From contig NC_043001.1 of assembly GCF_006345805.1 (NCBI RefSeq), positions 122,202,001-122,266,000 on the forward strand: a DNA stretch of 64,000 bases, written 5' to 3'. Below the pieces are notes generated by a model, which made no database searches, had not been told where the DNA came from, and saw nothing but the letters and a program-made list of their open reading frames with translations. Source of the stretch: Octopus sinensis (Eukaryota). Below are positions 13,701 to 26,380 of the stretch, piece by piece; position 1 is the first letter of the stretch; each line of letters begins with the position of its first letter. The position numbers and the translations under genes are program-made.

Positions 13701-14641
13701 GTGCAAGCCGGATTTTACCAATTATTTTCATGTTTTGGTTAGAGTTGCGGATTTTAGGGAGTGTATCACGTTCATCCATACTGGTTTCTTTAATTTTCAG
13801 CCATTCAATCATGATTTGACTTTTTAGCTCATGTAGTTCTGTCGGGTCAATATTTGTGTGACTTTCTTCATCTATTTGATGTTCATCTGTCTTAGTGTTT
13901 ATGATTGGTTCAGGGAGTATTTCACTTTGCCTATCACTTACGCTAACTCTTTCAATCCTTACTTCGTTTTTATTAGCTCTGAGCTGGTCTATAATTATTT
14001 CCTCTGTATTATCTTCTTTAGCTGCAGCTTCGTTCATTCTATTCGTTACTGCTTGTCTAATTTGATCAATCTCTACTTCAGTCAGTAATTTTTTTTTATA
14101 ATGTTTCTTCTGACGTTGGCAAGTTTGTTACTGTCTATGTAGGGTCTTACTTCAGGGTGTTTCTGTCTCCAGTTTATGTAGGTTTGTATAGTGTTCGATT
14201 TATCTGTGGGGAAATATATGGCATGGTAGAAGGCTGCAAGAACTTCTTTATTATCTTCCCTAGTCCATTTTTCCTTCTTTTTCTTTTGAGTGTTTGGTGA
14301 CGAGCATGGATGTCCATCTGTTGGAATATTCCAGTTGTGGGATACGTCCAGCTCCTGTGTGTCGGGAAGATTTGATCCAGTAGCTGATTTTTCAATCAGA
14401 CTTTGGTTCAATTTTCGGGTACGTGGTCTTTTGTAATCCGCTCACCGACCATCGCAGATTGTAGGGTGTTTTGTTGACATTGAAGCATGACGAGCTTCGA
14501 CTCTTACATTAAGAGGCAGATCTGTCAGTTTAGGATTTTCTGCATGTAAACATTGTTCGTAGTGCAGCTTCTTAAGGCTAGCAGATCTGTATTCGTCTGT
14601 ATTTTTTTTGTTGATAGTTTTATCTCCGGGCATAGTTTTCC
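10783..14641 (-). mobile_element. Near full-length R4/Dong clade non-LTR retrotransposon (RT + CCHC + restriction-like endonuclease), disrupted
   Basis: ORF pieces 14633-14442, 14411-14082, 14037-13456, 13456-13085, 13039-10814. GIFQGDSLSP, YMDD, CRVCx7HxxxxC, RPDII...IDMTVP...KYKDL. Stops at 13085 and about 13040, plus frameshifts. T10-C-T8/10-AA at both ends. Confidence 0.93.
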
Positions 14642-14763
14642 TTTTTTTTTTCTTTTTTTTAAGCTTATGAAAGGTTCACTCTGCCTGTATTAGTTCGAAA
14701 AAATGAGAATAAAATACGAGAAAAAAAAAAAAAAAAGAATTATCATAATCACTGTCATCACTG

Positions 14764-14796
<33 letters not shown>

Positions 14797-14827
14797 ATGA
14801 CATTGTTTTATGTGTAGTCACAGCGGT

Positions 14828-16339
14828 TTGGAATCCTTTCTGTCTCGGGAGACAATGAAGTTGCGCATTTTTTTTTTTTTTTTTTTTCTAGGTCTAGTCC
14901 GGCTGTTATATTTTATTTCCTGTTACATTTCTTGCTGTGGCTGTGTAGTCCTATCCTGGACAAACACTCCCTCTGGCAGGTACTGCAAATGTAGCGAAGA
15001 CTGTTCCTGGCTGATTGTAGTGCCATGGTCTCTTGTTTATGTCTCTCCTTTCTTTCCATTTCTCCTCTCTCTTTCTGTCACTCCTCTGTATACCCTCTTT
15101 TACTGTACGTCGCCATTCTCCACGGTTGCCGGCGACTGCCTCCCAACCGCTAATGTTGATGTTGCAGGCCTTCATATCCCTTTTGCAAACATCCTTGTAA
15201 CGTAAGATCGGTCTACCCACAGACCTAGTACCCCTAGCAAGCTCTCCGTAGAGTATGTCCTTGGGGATTCTGCCATCTTTCATACGGCTAACATGCCCAA
15301 GCCATCTCATACGTCTTTGTGTGAGGAGTGCAAACATGCTTGGTATTCCTGCTTGCCTGAGGACATCTTTGTTGGGGATATGATTCTGCCATTTGATGTG
15401 GAGGATTTTTCGGAGGCAGCGCAGGTGAAAGATGTTTAGGCGACGCTCTTGGCGTGTGTATAGCGTCCAGGTCTCGCTTCCATACAGTAGAGTGCTGAGT
15501 ACACATGCCTGATAGATCTTCATTTTTGTGGTCTTGGTCAGCTTATTGTTGTCCCAAGCCCGTTTGGAGAGTTGGGCCATCGCAGCAGCTGCCTTGCCAA
15601 TGCGTATATTGAGCTCAGCGTCAAGGGATAGGTTGTAGGTGACGGTAGAGCCCAGATAGGTAAACTTCTCCACCTCTTGTAATCTGTGGTCTCCAATATG
15701 TATGTTTGGGATGTCCGATGTAGCCTGGCCCATGATGTTGGTCTTCTTAAGGCTGATAGCTAAGCCAAAGTCGTTACATGCTTGCTCAAAACAGTTAATG
15801 AGCCTTTGGAGGGCTTCTTCTGTGTGTGTTACCAGAGCGGCATCATCAGCAAATAACATCTCCTTGATCAGGACGTTTCTGATTTTGGTCTTGGCACGCA
15901 GGCGCGAGAGATTGAACAGTTTTCCGTCACTTCTACTGTGCAGAAACACTCCATCATCTGATGTCTGAAAGGCATGTGACAGCAAGAGTGAGAAGAAGAT
16001 GCCAAACAATGTAGGAGCGAGGACACAGCCTTGCTTTACCCCGTTTTTTATTTGGAAGGCGGCTGATGTTGACCGTTGTGCTGTATGGTGCCTTGCATGT
16101 CATCATGGAAAGACTTGATGATCCTCAGCAGCTTTGGTGGACATCCGATTTTTTGGAGCAGGAGGAAGAGGCCTGTTCTGCTTACCGAGTCAAAAGCCTT
16201 TGTTAGATCAATGAAGGCCATATATAATGGCATTTTCTGCTCTCTGGACTTCTCCTGAAGTTGGCGTATGGAGAATATCATATCGATAGTTGATCTGCTT
16301 CTTCTAAAGCCACACTGCGATTCCGGATAGATTCGAGAA
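14828..16339 (-). mobile_element. 5'-truncated RTE-clade LINE with 10-bp TSD
   Basis: PESQCGFR, FIDLTKAFD, LFADDAAL, RRMRWLGHV; frameshift near 16040. TCACAGCGGT at 14818-14827 and 16340-16349. Confidence 0.92.
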
Positions 16340-17131
16340 TCACAGCGGTAGCTTATTATTATTATTCTTATTCTTATCACTATCACCCTCACCACGGTAG
16401 AGTGGTCATGTTCTATAAATAGATCCATCAGATGGTGGACAAAGGACATTTTGGGTCAGGGAAAGGTCAAACCTGTTTACTAGTACCAGCGTTATCTTGA
16501 AAAGCAATCCAGCTTTATATATATACCCATACACATATGTATATATATATGTATATTCACACACGCATATTTTCTGATATTCACTCGATGATTTTTTTTT
16601 TATAAATTTCTGAATTCATTTGTGTTGTTGCAATAAATGTTTACGTGTTTACGTGTTTGGGTAATATATTAAAGTTTTTGAGTATTCTTGAGATGTCCAT
16701 TTGGAAAAAAAATAAGATTTTTGCAAAGGGAAGAATGTTTACATTTTCGAATGCTCAGAAATTTTTTCTTTTCTTTTTAAAAGTTATGCTGTGGTTTATA
16801 GTTTTTGTAGTTGTGCAGTGTATATATATTGGTATACGCTTACTTCAATAGTTTTTTTATCGTGCATTTAATTGTGTTGTTACAATAAAAGGCAAAGAAG
16901 GGACGGCAGACTGTTCACACAAGATTGGAGATATTTATGATTCTAAATTCTTTGTTAGGTGTTCGCTTGTATGTGCAAAGCTGTAGATATGTAAGTTCCT
17001 TAGCTTATTTTGAGGGAAATTCAAATTACTCACAGAAAACAGTAGATCTTCCAGTTTTTCCGTTGTCACGCTGGGTTGGTCAGAGCAGCGAAAAACACGT
17101 CCTGCTTCTATCTTATTATTAATCATCATCG

Positions 17132-17226
<95 letters not shown>

Positions 17227-17229
<3 letters not shown>

Positions 17230-18391
17230 TAGTTTTATTTTTATTTTTATAGCGTGCTTTCACTTCACTACCGAGCGCAGCTCTGTGTGCCTTGGGTATG
17301 TGCTGTGATTTGTTGTGATGCTCTGATGGTTATTGTATGAAAAGTGTTCTGCGTAGGATGTGTGCAGTGCCTAGTAGTGCAATTTTCTGTATGTTATATG
17401 TGTTTGTAAGTCCTGGTGTTTTTGTTATGTATTTGTCTGAATATTTTTTTATCATGCCTAATGCACCTACTATGATAGGAATTGTTTCTGTTTTCAGATT
17501 CCACATTCTAGTTACCTCCATTTCCAGGTCTTTGTATTTTGAAAGTTTCTCCATTTCTTTTAGAGACACGTTGTCATCAGCCGGTATTGATACATCAATT
17601 AGAAAGCATTTTTTTTCTTCATGGTCTCTGACAACTATATCTGGTCTGTTGGCCTTAATTTCTCTATCTGTGTGTATCGGCATATCCCAGAGTATGGTTG
17701 CTTTCTCGTTTTCTGTGACCTTTTCTGGTGTGTGCCTATACCATCTTTTTTCTGTTGTTATTCTATAATGTTGGCATAGCTTCCAATGTATGTAGGTTCC
17801 AACTCTGTCATGTCTGTGAATATATTCCTTCTTAGCCAGGACTGGGCAGCTAGAGATAATATGATTTATTGTTTCTTGTCCATCTCCACATATTCTGCAG
17901 TTACTTGTAATATTTCTTTTCATTACATGTTTTTGGTAATTTCTGGTGGGGAGGCTTTGGTCTTGTGCTGCAATTAAAAATCCCTCTGTTTCTGCTTTGA
18001 GTCCTGAGCTTCTCAACCATTGCTGGGATTTTTCTTTGTCTATTTCTTTTGCGTTTAGTTTAGTGCAGTATTTACCATGAAGGGGCTTTTCTTGCCATCG
18101 TTTTATCATGGTTCGTTGCTGTTCTATCTTTAGTTTGGATTTCATTTGTTTTATAGCTTTTGTTGTTTCTTCATCTTCTTCTTCTTCTTGATGTTTATTA
18201 GGTGGTATGATTTCTTGTTTGTATTTGTCAGCTTCCTTAAATACTGAGAACAGTTTTTTGTTTTGCTCGTGTTTTGCCGCTATCTGGATCAGTTTTCCTT
18301 CCTTCTGAAGTAGATATTTTTGCAGTCCTATGGTGGTTATTTTATAGTAGTTTTCCAGCTGTATAAGGCCTCTACCACCTTCTATACGTGG
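17227..18391 (-). mobile_element. R4/Dong family B 3' fragment
   Basis: CRICGDGQETINHIISSC, RHDRV, RPDIVV, KYKDL; 3' UTR runs into (AAT)n. Confidence 0.92.
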
Positions 18392-19050
18392 AGATGGACA
18401 AGAAACAATAAATCATATTATCTCTAGCTGCCCAGTCCTGGCTAAGAAGGAATATATTCACAGACATGACAGAGTTGGAACTTACATACATTGGAAGCTA
18501 TGCCAACATTATGGAATAACAACAGAAAAAAGATGGTATAGGCACACACCAGAAAAGGTCACAGAAAACGAGAAAGCAACCATACTCTGGGATATGCCGA
18601 TACACACAGATAGAGAAATTAAGGCCAACAGACCAGATATAGTTGTCAGAGACCATGAAGAAAAAAAATGCTTTCTAATTGATGTATCAGTACCGGCAGA
18701 TGACAACGTGTCTCTAAAAGAAATGGAGAAACTCTCAAAATACAAAGACCTGGAAATAGAGGTAACTAGAATGTGGAATCTGAAAACAGAAACAATTCCT
18801 ATCATAGTAGGTGCATTAGGCATGATAAAAAAAATATTCAGACAAATACATAACAAAACACCAGGACTTACAAACACATATAACATACAGAAAATTGCAC
18901 TACTAGGCACTGCACACATCCTACGCAGAACACTTTCCATACAATAACCATCAGAGCATCACAACAAATCACAGCACATACCCAAGGCACACAGAGCTGC
19001 GCTCGGTAGTGAAGTGAAAGCACGCTATAAAAATAAAAATAAAACTACTG
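18388..19050 (+). mobile_element. R4/Dong family B 3' fragment, inverted partner
   Basis: Nearly identical reverse complement of 17227-17890; ends ACTACTG then (AAT)n. Confidence 0.92.
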
Positions 19051-20059
19051 AATAATAATAATAATAATAATAATGATGATGATGATGATAATAACAATAA
19101 TATCGAAAAATATCTTAGGAATGAGAACCCAGATTCGAAATTTCCCCAAGACACCTGAAGAAGGCTGGAGGATATATCAGCCAAAACGTTGTGTTAACAA
19201 CAAACCAGATGAGGACAAATATCCATCAAATGTAAATAATGTAAATAATCCATAAATAACCTTGCCCGGTTAACTTTCTTGATGCAATTCCATGGTCATT
19301 CATGACCAAAGGGGTCTTTACTCTTTATACATACATAATTCATGAATAATGAAAAAAATATAAATTACATAATCATCTTCATTAGCTTACAACAATTTCA
19401 ACTACTAGAAACCATGTAACCGGAGCTAAGTGTCATTTAAACCTCATAAATCTTCTTCAGAACGTCTTCTATGAAAGTTTCTATATTAATGAAAAGATTT
19501 TGATATTTTGATATTTAGTTACGAACATATAGGTACACATACACTTAAGTAGGTATGACAATAAATTGCTGTAACAAACTTACAAAACGGACATAAATAG
19601 ATACACGTACACGAACATGCACACGTACCTCGGTAATATATACACATGTAAAATAATACAAGATAGATAAACAATAACTTACCGAAGCGTGTGTGTGTAT
19701 ATGCATGCAAGTATATATGTATGCATGTATGCATGTATATGTGTATGTAAGTATGAATGCATGTCCTGTTATTTGTATTTGAATAACATTCTCCTATTTT
19801 TCCGTTCCTGTTTTCGTATACATTTGCTGCTTTCTGCCAAGGAATCTAACACGCTTATCTCAGTTTTTCCTTGGGTTTGGTCAGACTGGAGCAATCTCGA
19901 GCATAACCAGCCGAAATTGCAAAGATAATCTTGAACTCGACTGAGGGAAGAAAACTTCGAATGACCTGTCCTTGTTTTCTTTGTATCCTCTATCTGGATG
20001 TTTTGTTATACCTTTTTGTATCACCCAACTGTCTGGATGTCCCATTTTGTGTTTTTATA

Positions 20060-20109
20060 TATATATGTATATATATGTATGTATATATGTATGCATGTAA
20101 GTATGTATG

Positions 20110-20143
<34 letters not shown>

Positions 20144-20302
20144 TGTATGTATGTATGTATGTATGTATTATGTATGTATGTATGCAAGCATGTATGTATG
20201 TATGTAAGTATGTATGCATGCATGTATGTATGTATGTATGTATGCATGCATGTATGTATGTATATATGTATGTATGTATGTATGTATTTATGTATGTATG
20301 TG

Positions 20303-20334
<32 letters not shown>

Positions 20335-20378
20335 TGTATGTATGTATGTATGTATGTATGTATGTATGTATGTATGTA
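20060..20378. repeat. Long (TATG)n microsatellite
   Basis: Direct reading. Confidence 0.98.
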
Positions 20379-20735
20379 TTAGAGGTACCGAAAAATAATA
20401 CATTTCAAATAAGTATAATACGTATCGTTAATACATTTCTTCATTCAAGAGATAGTCATCATTGTTAGCAATAACAATTAACTCACCACGAAACGAGTTT
20501 TCCTGTGGGAAAATATGAAGATTCTTTAGAAAATAAAAATGTTTATAATGCTATATTGGTATCGCCCATAATTGTGAATGTTCGAATGATCTGAATACGT
20601 GAAAGTCTAAGAAGAGTACATGAGGTACCCACTTCTCTTCTGTATAGACTTTCTCAACCTATTTCAGCTAATTTTGCACTGTGGACCGAGGATTAATAAA
20701 CCTCCGGGAAAAGTCAATACTTTGACGCGTGAGGA

Positions 20736-20965
20736 GGCGGTGAGCTGGCAGAAACGTTAGCACGCCGGACGAAATGCTTAGCAGTATTTCGTCTGTCACT
20801 ACGTTCTGAGTTCAAATTCCGCTGAGGTCGACTTTGCCTTTCATCCTTTCGGGATCGATTAAATAAGTACCAGTTACGCACTGGGGTCGATGTAATCGAC
20901 TTAATCCCTTTGTCTGTCCTTGTTTGTCCCCTCTATGTTTAGCCCCCTGTGGGTAATAAAGAAAT
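20736..20965 (+). mobile_element. tRNA-SINE family 1 (others near 10200, 26960, 31030, 34551, 36940, 45945-46345, 49510, 57540, 61206)
   Basis: GGCGG(C/T)GAGCTGGCAGAAACGTTAG head, GAGTTCAAAT B-box, shared body GTCGACTTTGCCTTTCATCC. Confidence 0.85.
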
Positions 20966-22060
20966 AAATACTTTGACGCTCGACGTCCTCAGTTGCTAAA
21001 ATTACAGTGTCATTAGTGAAAACGGATGGTTTTTCTAACAGATTGATATTTATCCAAAAGTTCGAATTTCCTTCTTTAATTTATTTTATAAACCACCTTT
21101 CGCATTTTCCAATACTCAAACCATCAGGATATAAAGTACCTATGTTTTCCTTTGCACATGATACACTGTTGCCTTTACGAGATTCGTAAAGCATGCCATG
21201 CCGAACGTGCAGCTCACTAAAGTCCTTGTCTTCCAAAACATATCAGACAGAACATATGCACGCATATCATATAGCCACATTAATGTGCTTACTACTTTAT
21301 GCTGATTGTTCGGACACTTTTCATTCGGTTCGTAAACAATCTGTGGTATGAAGCCGCACTATCGCTTAAAAAAAGGCAACGTTACTTTTCGGCAACGCTT
21401 AACTCTTTTACTCTTTCTTTTAGCCCTCTTCACACTTGTTTCGTTCTTTCCACTTTTCTTTTCCTCGCTCCCCCTCTCTCACATTTCTTGGCTTTCGCTT
21501 CATTCTCACCACTTTTCCTCCTGCTTTACCTCACTCTGTCCCTTTCCTTTCTTTTTCTCTCTTTCTCGTCCCTCCTAATTCTTCAATCCCTCTGCCCCTA
21601 CCTCTTTCCTCTCCTTCCACGTGATCACTGTTCTTCCAAAACTGCCCTTTCTTGATTCGACTACCATCCGTGTAGCATCTTCTTATATTCCTTCCCATGA
21701 CTTTCATCTCCTATGTTCCCGTTGTAACACGCCAGCTTAATTTAATTCATCCTCAGTCGAAAGAGATCTGTTGTTTGTATTTGTAATTATGTACCATTAC
21801 TCAATTTTTTTCGTCTTTGATTTCGTATACATTCGCTTGCTTTCTTTCAAAGGATCTAGTTCTCTTATCTTAGAATTTTCTTGGGACTGGCCAGATTGGA
21901 GCAGTCTTGTGCGTAACCGGCGAAACTGCAACGACGATCTGGAACTCGACTGATGATAAAAAGGCTCCGAATAACCCGTCCTTGTTTTTGCCTGTCCTTT
22001 ACTGTATCTTCTGCCTGGATGGTTTCTTGTTGCCTCTTACGGCTTTGTTCCATATTTTGT

Positions 22061-22092
<32 letters not shown>

Positions 22093-22180
22093 GTTATTGT
22101 TGTTGTTGTTGTTGTCATCGTCGTTGTTGTTGTTGTTGTTGTTGTTGTTGCTGTTACTGTTGTTGTTGTTATTATTATTA

Positions 22181-22211
<31 letters not shown>

Positions 22212-22485
22212 TATATATATATATATATGTATATATATATACAGACAGTCAGACAGATAGATAAATACATAGGTACGCATACATACACACACACATAAAC
22301 ATATATGTGTATGTGTGTATGTGCGAGCGCGTATGTGCGGCCGTAATATACTTTATAATGTACTACAGCGCTAACAGTCGAAAGCGACTCAAGACCCAGC
22401 GTGTTTTGTCAAGTAATACCTTTATGTTCATAATTAATTTCATTAACATTAACTAAATTAACGACAAATTGCATAATGTTTTTAG

Positions 22486-22612
22486 GATAGCTGATCTAAT
22501 TACTTACCAGTCAAAATCACCGTGGTTGTGGCCACAGTTTCTCTTCAATTTGCATCCTTACGGGAAAGAAGCAGCTAAATGCTTGAAATACCTTCATGAT
22601 TTCACGGATAAG
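22486..22612 (+). pseudogene. Orphan inverted copy of CYP4 exon 6
   Basis: Identical to reverse complement of 44210-44336 with intact AG/GT; no plus-strand exon 5 or 7 nearby. Confidence 0.8.
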
Positions 22613-24449
22613 GTATACAAATTATGTCTTATATTACTTGTATGTTGTGATCTTTTCCACAAGTCTATCTTTGTAAACTGTGGTCTTGCTGGTACATCGC
22701 TTGCTAGACCACGTCCATCGTAACAATTCCAATATTTATTTAAGTCCAACCTTTACTTCATCGATTTCTCTTTCTTAGTTATGTTTGAATTCTTTAACTA
22801 AAAGTTCACATGTACAATATAGCTCAACCACATATTCATAAACCCCAGGAATTCTTTTATCACAAAATGTCTTGTCGCTTTGTTAGTAACAAGTTTGAAC
22901 TCCTTGAAGAACTTAAATAAAAGTCTAAGGAAAAAAATCTACATGAAAAAGTCCTTAATCAACCATCCGTCATTACACTCCTGGCTGGGTTCCCAAGCAT
23001 GACCAAAAATGGACTATGGTTATCATCCAACCTTCTCGTTCTTGCTCTACCTTTAGGTCTCCTGTCAGTTAACTTCGCTTGAAGAATCCTTCTTGCAGTC
23101 CTTTCCTGCGACAGTCTAATCCCATATTCGTAGAGCTAGAGCTGCGATTTCAGCTTTGAGAATTTCCCTGGCCTTCGAGCTCCGCATTGTGTCAAGTAAC
23201 GTTATTCCAGAGTCCCTTGGACGTACCTCATTTCCGCTGCATCTCTTTACGATCGTACTCCTTCGGTCATTACCCATCATTTATTTCCAAAGGTGACGGC
23301 AGACAGGAAACTGAAATGAAGACAGCGACTCTGGCTTTTTTTTTTTACCAAATTCTCTTCTGAGCATGGAATACCGGAGCAGGTATTACTGAGCCAACGA
23401 CTGCAATTCTGGCATCGAATTCAACATCATGCTTCCCATCACTCGTGAACGTGCATATGTTTGTATGTGTATGTGTGTATGTGTGTGTGTGTTAGAGAGA
23501 GAGACAGACAGAGAGAGAGAGAGACAGACAGACAGACAAACGGACGGACAGACAGACAGTGAGTGAGGGCACGTGACTTAGGGTTAGCAAGGCACATTTT
23601 TCACGTTGTTCCAGTCGACTTAGCTGGCAAAAATGTGTTGTACCTGTATTTCACAGAGCCAGCCTAGTCACACTCTGTGTCAAGCTGAATCTCCCTAAGC
23701 ACTTCTAAGGGGACGTGTGTCTGTGAAAAGCCCAGCCACTTGCTCCTTAATTTCAGAAGCAGGCTGTTCCGTTGATCAGATCAACTGGAACATTCGTCGT
23801 CGTAATCGACGGAGCACTAGAGTGTGTGTGTGTATGTATGTATGTATGTATGTATGTCTGTCTGTATGTATGTATGTATGTATGTTATTATTATTATTAT
23901 TATTGAGTGAGAGAGCAGCGCATGCCATCAAAGTGACACTGGGGTAAAATATACAGAGCCAAGTATACCCATCATGACTACCTGTTTGATAAGGGTACAC
24001 CAGGCACATGCATCACAACCATATGTGCGCGACATGGTGATCTCATATCAAGATAAACAGCACATGACCTTGCAGGTGGGGCCCAGTTAGAATTTTCTTC
24101 TTGTCGAGTAGCCCATCTCGCTCAAAAAGTCCCTGAATGAGGATTGTGTAAGGATGTTGAACGAACCACCCATGTTTCCAAAGGTGAATTATCCAAACCT
24201 CCAAGAATTCCTTTCAACACACGGCTATGATGTTCCCCACTACTCCTGCTCGTGATCAGAGATGCACATATCGTCAGCCACTAAGGGACATGCTCAACTG
24301 GTTATGGTCAAACAACTGACAAGCAAATCTGTGGTATTGAGCAGAATATTTGCTGTAGCCCATCTTTTATACCAAGACAAAACAATATACATGATAAGAT
24401 TTCCAATCAGTTAAGATCAGAAGCCATAAGACCCACTGCTTGGTACTGC

Positions 24450-24527
<78 letters not shown>

Positions 24528-24569
24528 CAACATCATCATCATCATCATCATCACTATTATTATTATTAC

Positions 24570-24999
24570 TTTTTTTCTTCTTCTTTCAAATTTGCTTCCA
24601 TTTCTTGCCGAGTGTCTTCCCGACTCCTAGGGCAAAGAAACTCATAGTATACATTGGTAGGCCATTAAACCAAGCTCAATAGTTCGTTCATTTAAAAAAA
24701 AAAATTTTATTTTTTAATTTTTTTAAAGTTAAATTAAAATACATGAGCAGCAACAGTTCTCACATCGACAATGCTCTTCTCAATACGTGTGATGTACCAG
24801 TTAAGACAATCTTTTGCACTTCTTGCAGGGATGGTAAGCCAGGGATCATTCCCATATAATTTTCGGTTCCCTTCATGATCATTCCTAGTGCTCCTACGAT
24901 CACTGGTATTGTAACCGCTTTGAGATGCCACATTTTCTCTATTTCAATGAGAAGGTCTTTATATTTTCTGAGCTTGTCAAACTCTTTCGCTGAGATATT
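24570..24999 (-). mobile_element. R4/Dong family D 3' end in (TAA)n
   Basis: Translates KLRKYKDLLIEIEKMWHLKAVTIPVIVGALG...HVLRRALSM stop; TAA repeats on both sides. Confidence 0.85.
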
Positions 25000-25026
25000 A
25001 TATTATTATTATTATTATTATTATTA

Positions 25027-26380
25027 CTGAGTGAGAGTGAAGAATTTAATCTGGAAGATTTGAGGGAGTTCAAGGAAATGCTTGAAAGCGGGGTGGAAAG
25101 ATATGAAGGTGTTCCACCCCCAAAACGTATCAAAGGACAAGGAAGAAAGAACAATCGTATACAGAACACTACGCCACAGCAACTAGGAAAATTGAAGCGG
25201 TGTCGGAGGCACAGGTAGAAAAGGCACTGAGGTCAGTCTGGCAGGAGACAGCATACCTGGCCATGGGTCGAAAATATGGAACGGTGGAGGTGCAGTTTAA
25301 GGAGATAGCAACTGCTAAATTATACTCAGCCGCACCGTTGAAAACGGATGAAGTAGTACTGCTACCCATGTACCATGGGAGACTTACAACCAGGGTTCGG
25401 GTGGAGGACATACCACCGGAGGTAAATGTAGCCTGGCTGGTGGCTGCCATACTGTTGGGCATGGAGGAGAAGGTGGTGGTCCTGCAGGCCACCAGAATGC
25501 CGCACTGGCATTGGGAAGGAGAAACCCATGAAATGGTGACACAGGTCGCTGAGGAAGACTTGGAAAAAATGGTCGAAAATATCACAGTAGGAGAGTCGAC
25601 TTTAAAGGTCAGAGTGGAAGGGAGAATCCCGCGATGTTATAAATGTAGCACGAAAGTCCACATTAGAGCGGAATGCCTTCCACCACTAGAAAAGGACAAG
25701 GAGAGTCAGAGGGGAAAAAGTGGTTGGTGTTACAGGTCCTGAAGAGGAAGAAGAAAGTGAGGTGGAACCACAGAAGAAGACAGGTACCAGCGTCGAGAAG
25801 GAGGAAAAATCGAACGCAAGTAGAGAAGAAGAGCAAGAAGAAAAGGAAAAAGACACACATGGTAAAAAATGACCCCAACCCACAACCATTCAGCCCTCAC
25901 CCAAACCCACTCTACCCCAACCACTCCCTACAGACACCAACCCTCCCCATGCCCAGTCTGACAATTGCAGACACACAAGAGCCTTAAAAGTGCCCACCCC
26001 GCCCTGTAATGAAAAATTCGTATTAACGTACAATGGACAGATTCAGGAACTGTATAACGAAGTAAATTCGTGGGACGGAATAGTGAAGTTGGATATAACA
26101 GGTGTAAGGGGCCTTCCCGAGAACGATTATTGTATGCCGACGGACCTGGATAACCTGTGGAACGTGCATGGGTATATGGAAAACTGTGACTGTGAGTGGT
26201 GGTCCAAAAAAGTGGACACCAGCACAATGCGGAAAAATCAGGTACGTGGACATTAAAATAAAAATAATATAGACATTTTGGAGAAAGACCTGGATTAATT
26301 ATTGTGTAAATAACTGTGTTCAAATTGTGTATCAAATTGATTAAAAAGGGTAATATAAATGGTGTTGCTACAAGTTCAAT
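25027..26380 (+). mobile_element. Degenerate gag-like ORF1 (L1/Tx1-type zinc knuckle) with no ORF2
   Basis: VRVEGRIPRCYKCSTKVHIRAEC (Cx2Cx4Hx4C). After a frameshift: acidic and Pro/Thr tracts and ORF 25990-26256. No endonuclease or RT follows. Confidence 0.65.

Larger units (their letters stand above)
19070..24560. repeat. Inverted segmental duplication of about 42185-47770
   Basis: Reverse-complement match including exon 6, mariner and RTE relics and SINEs; both ends lie in (AAT/GAT)n tracts. Confidence 0.92.
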
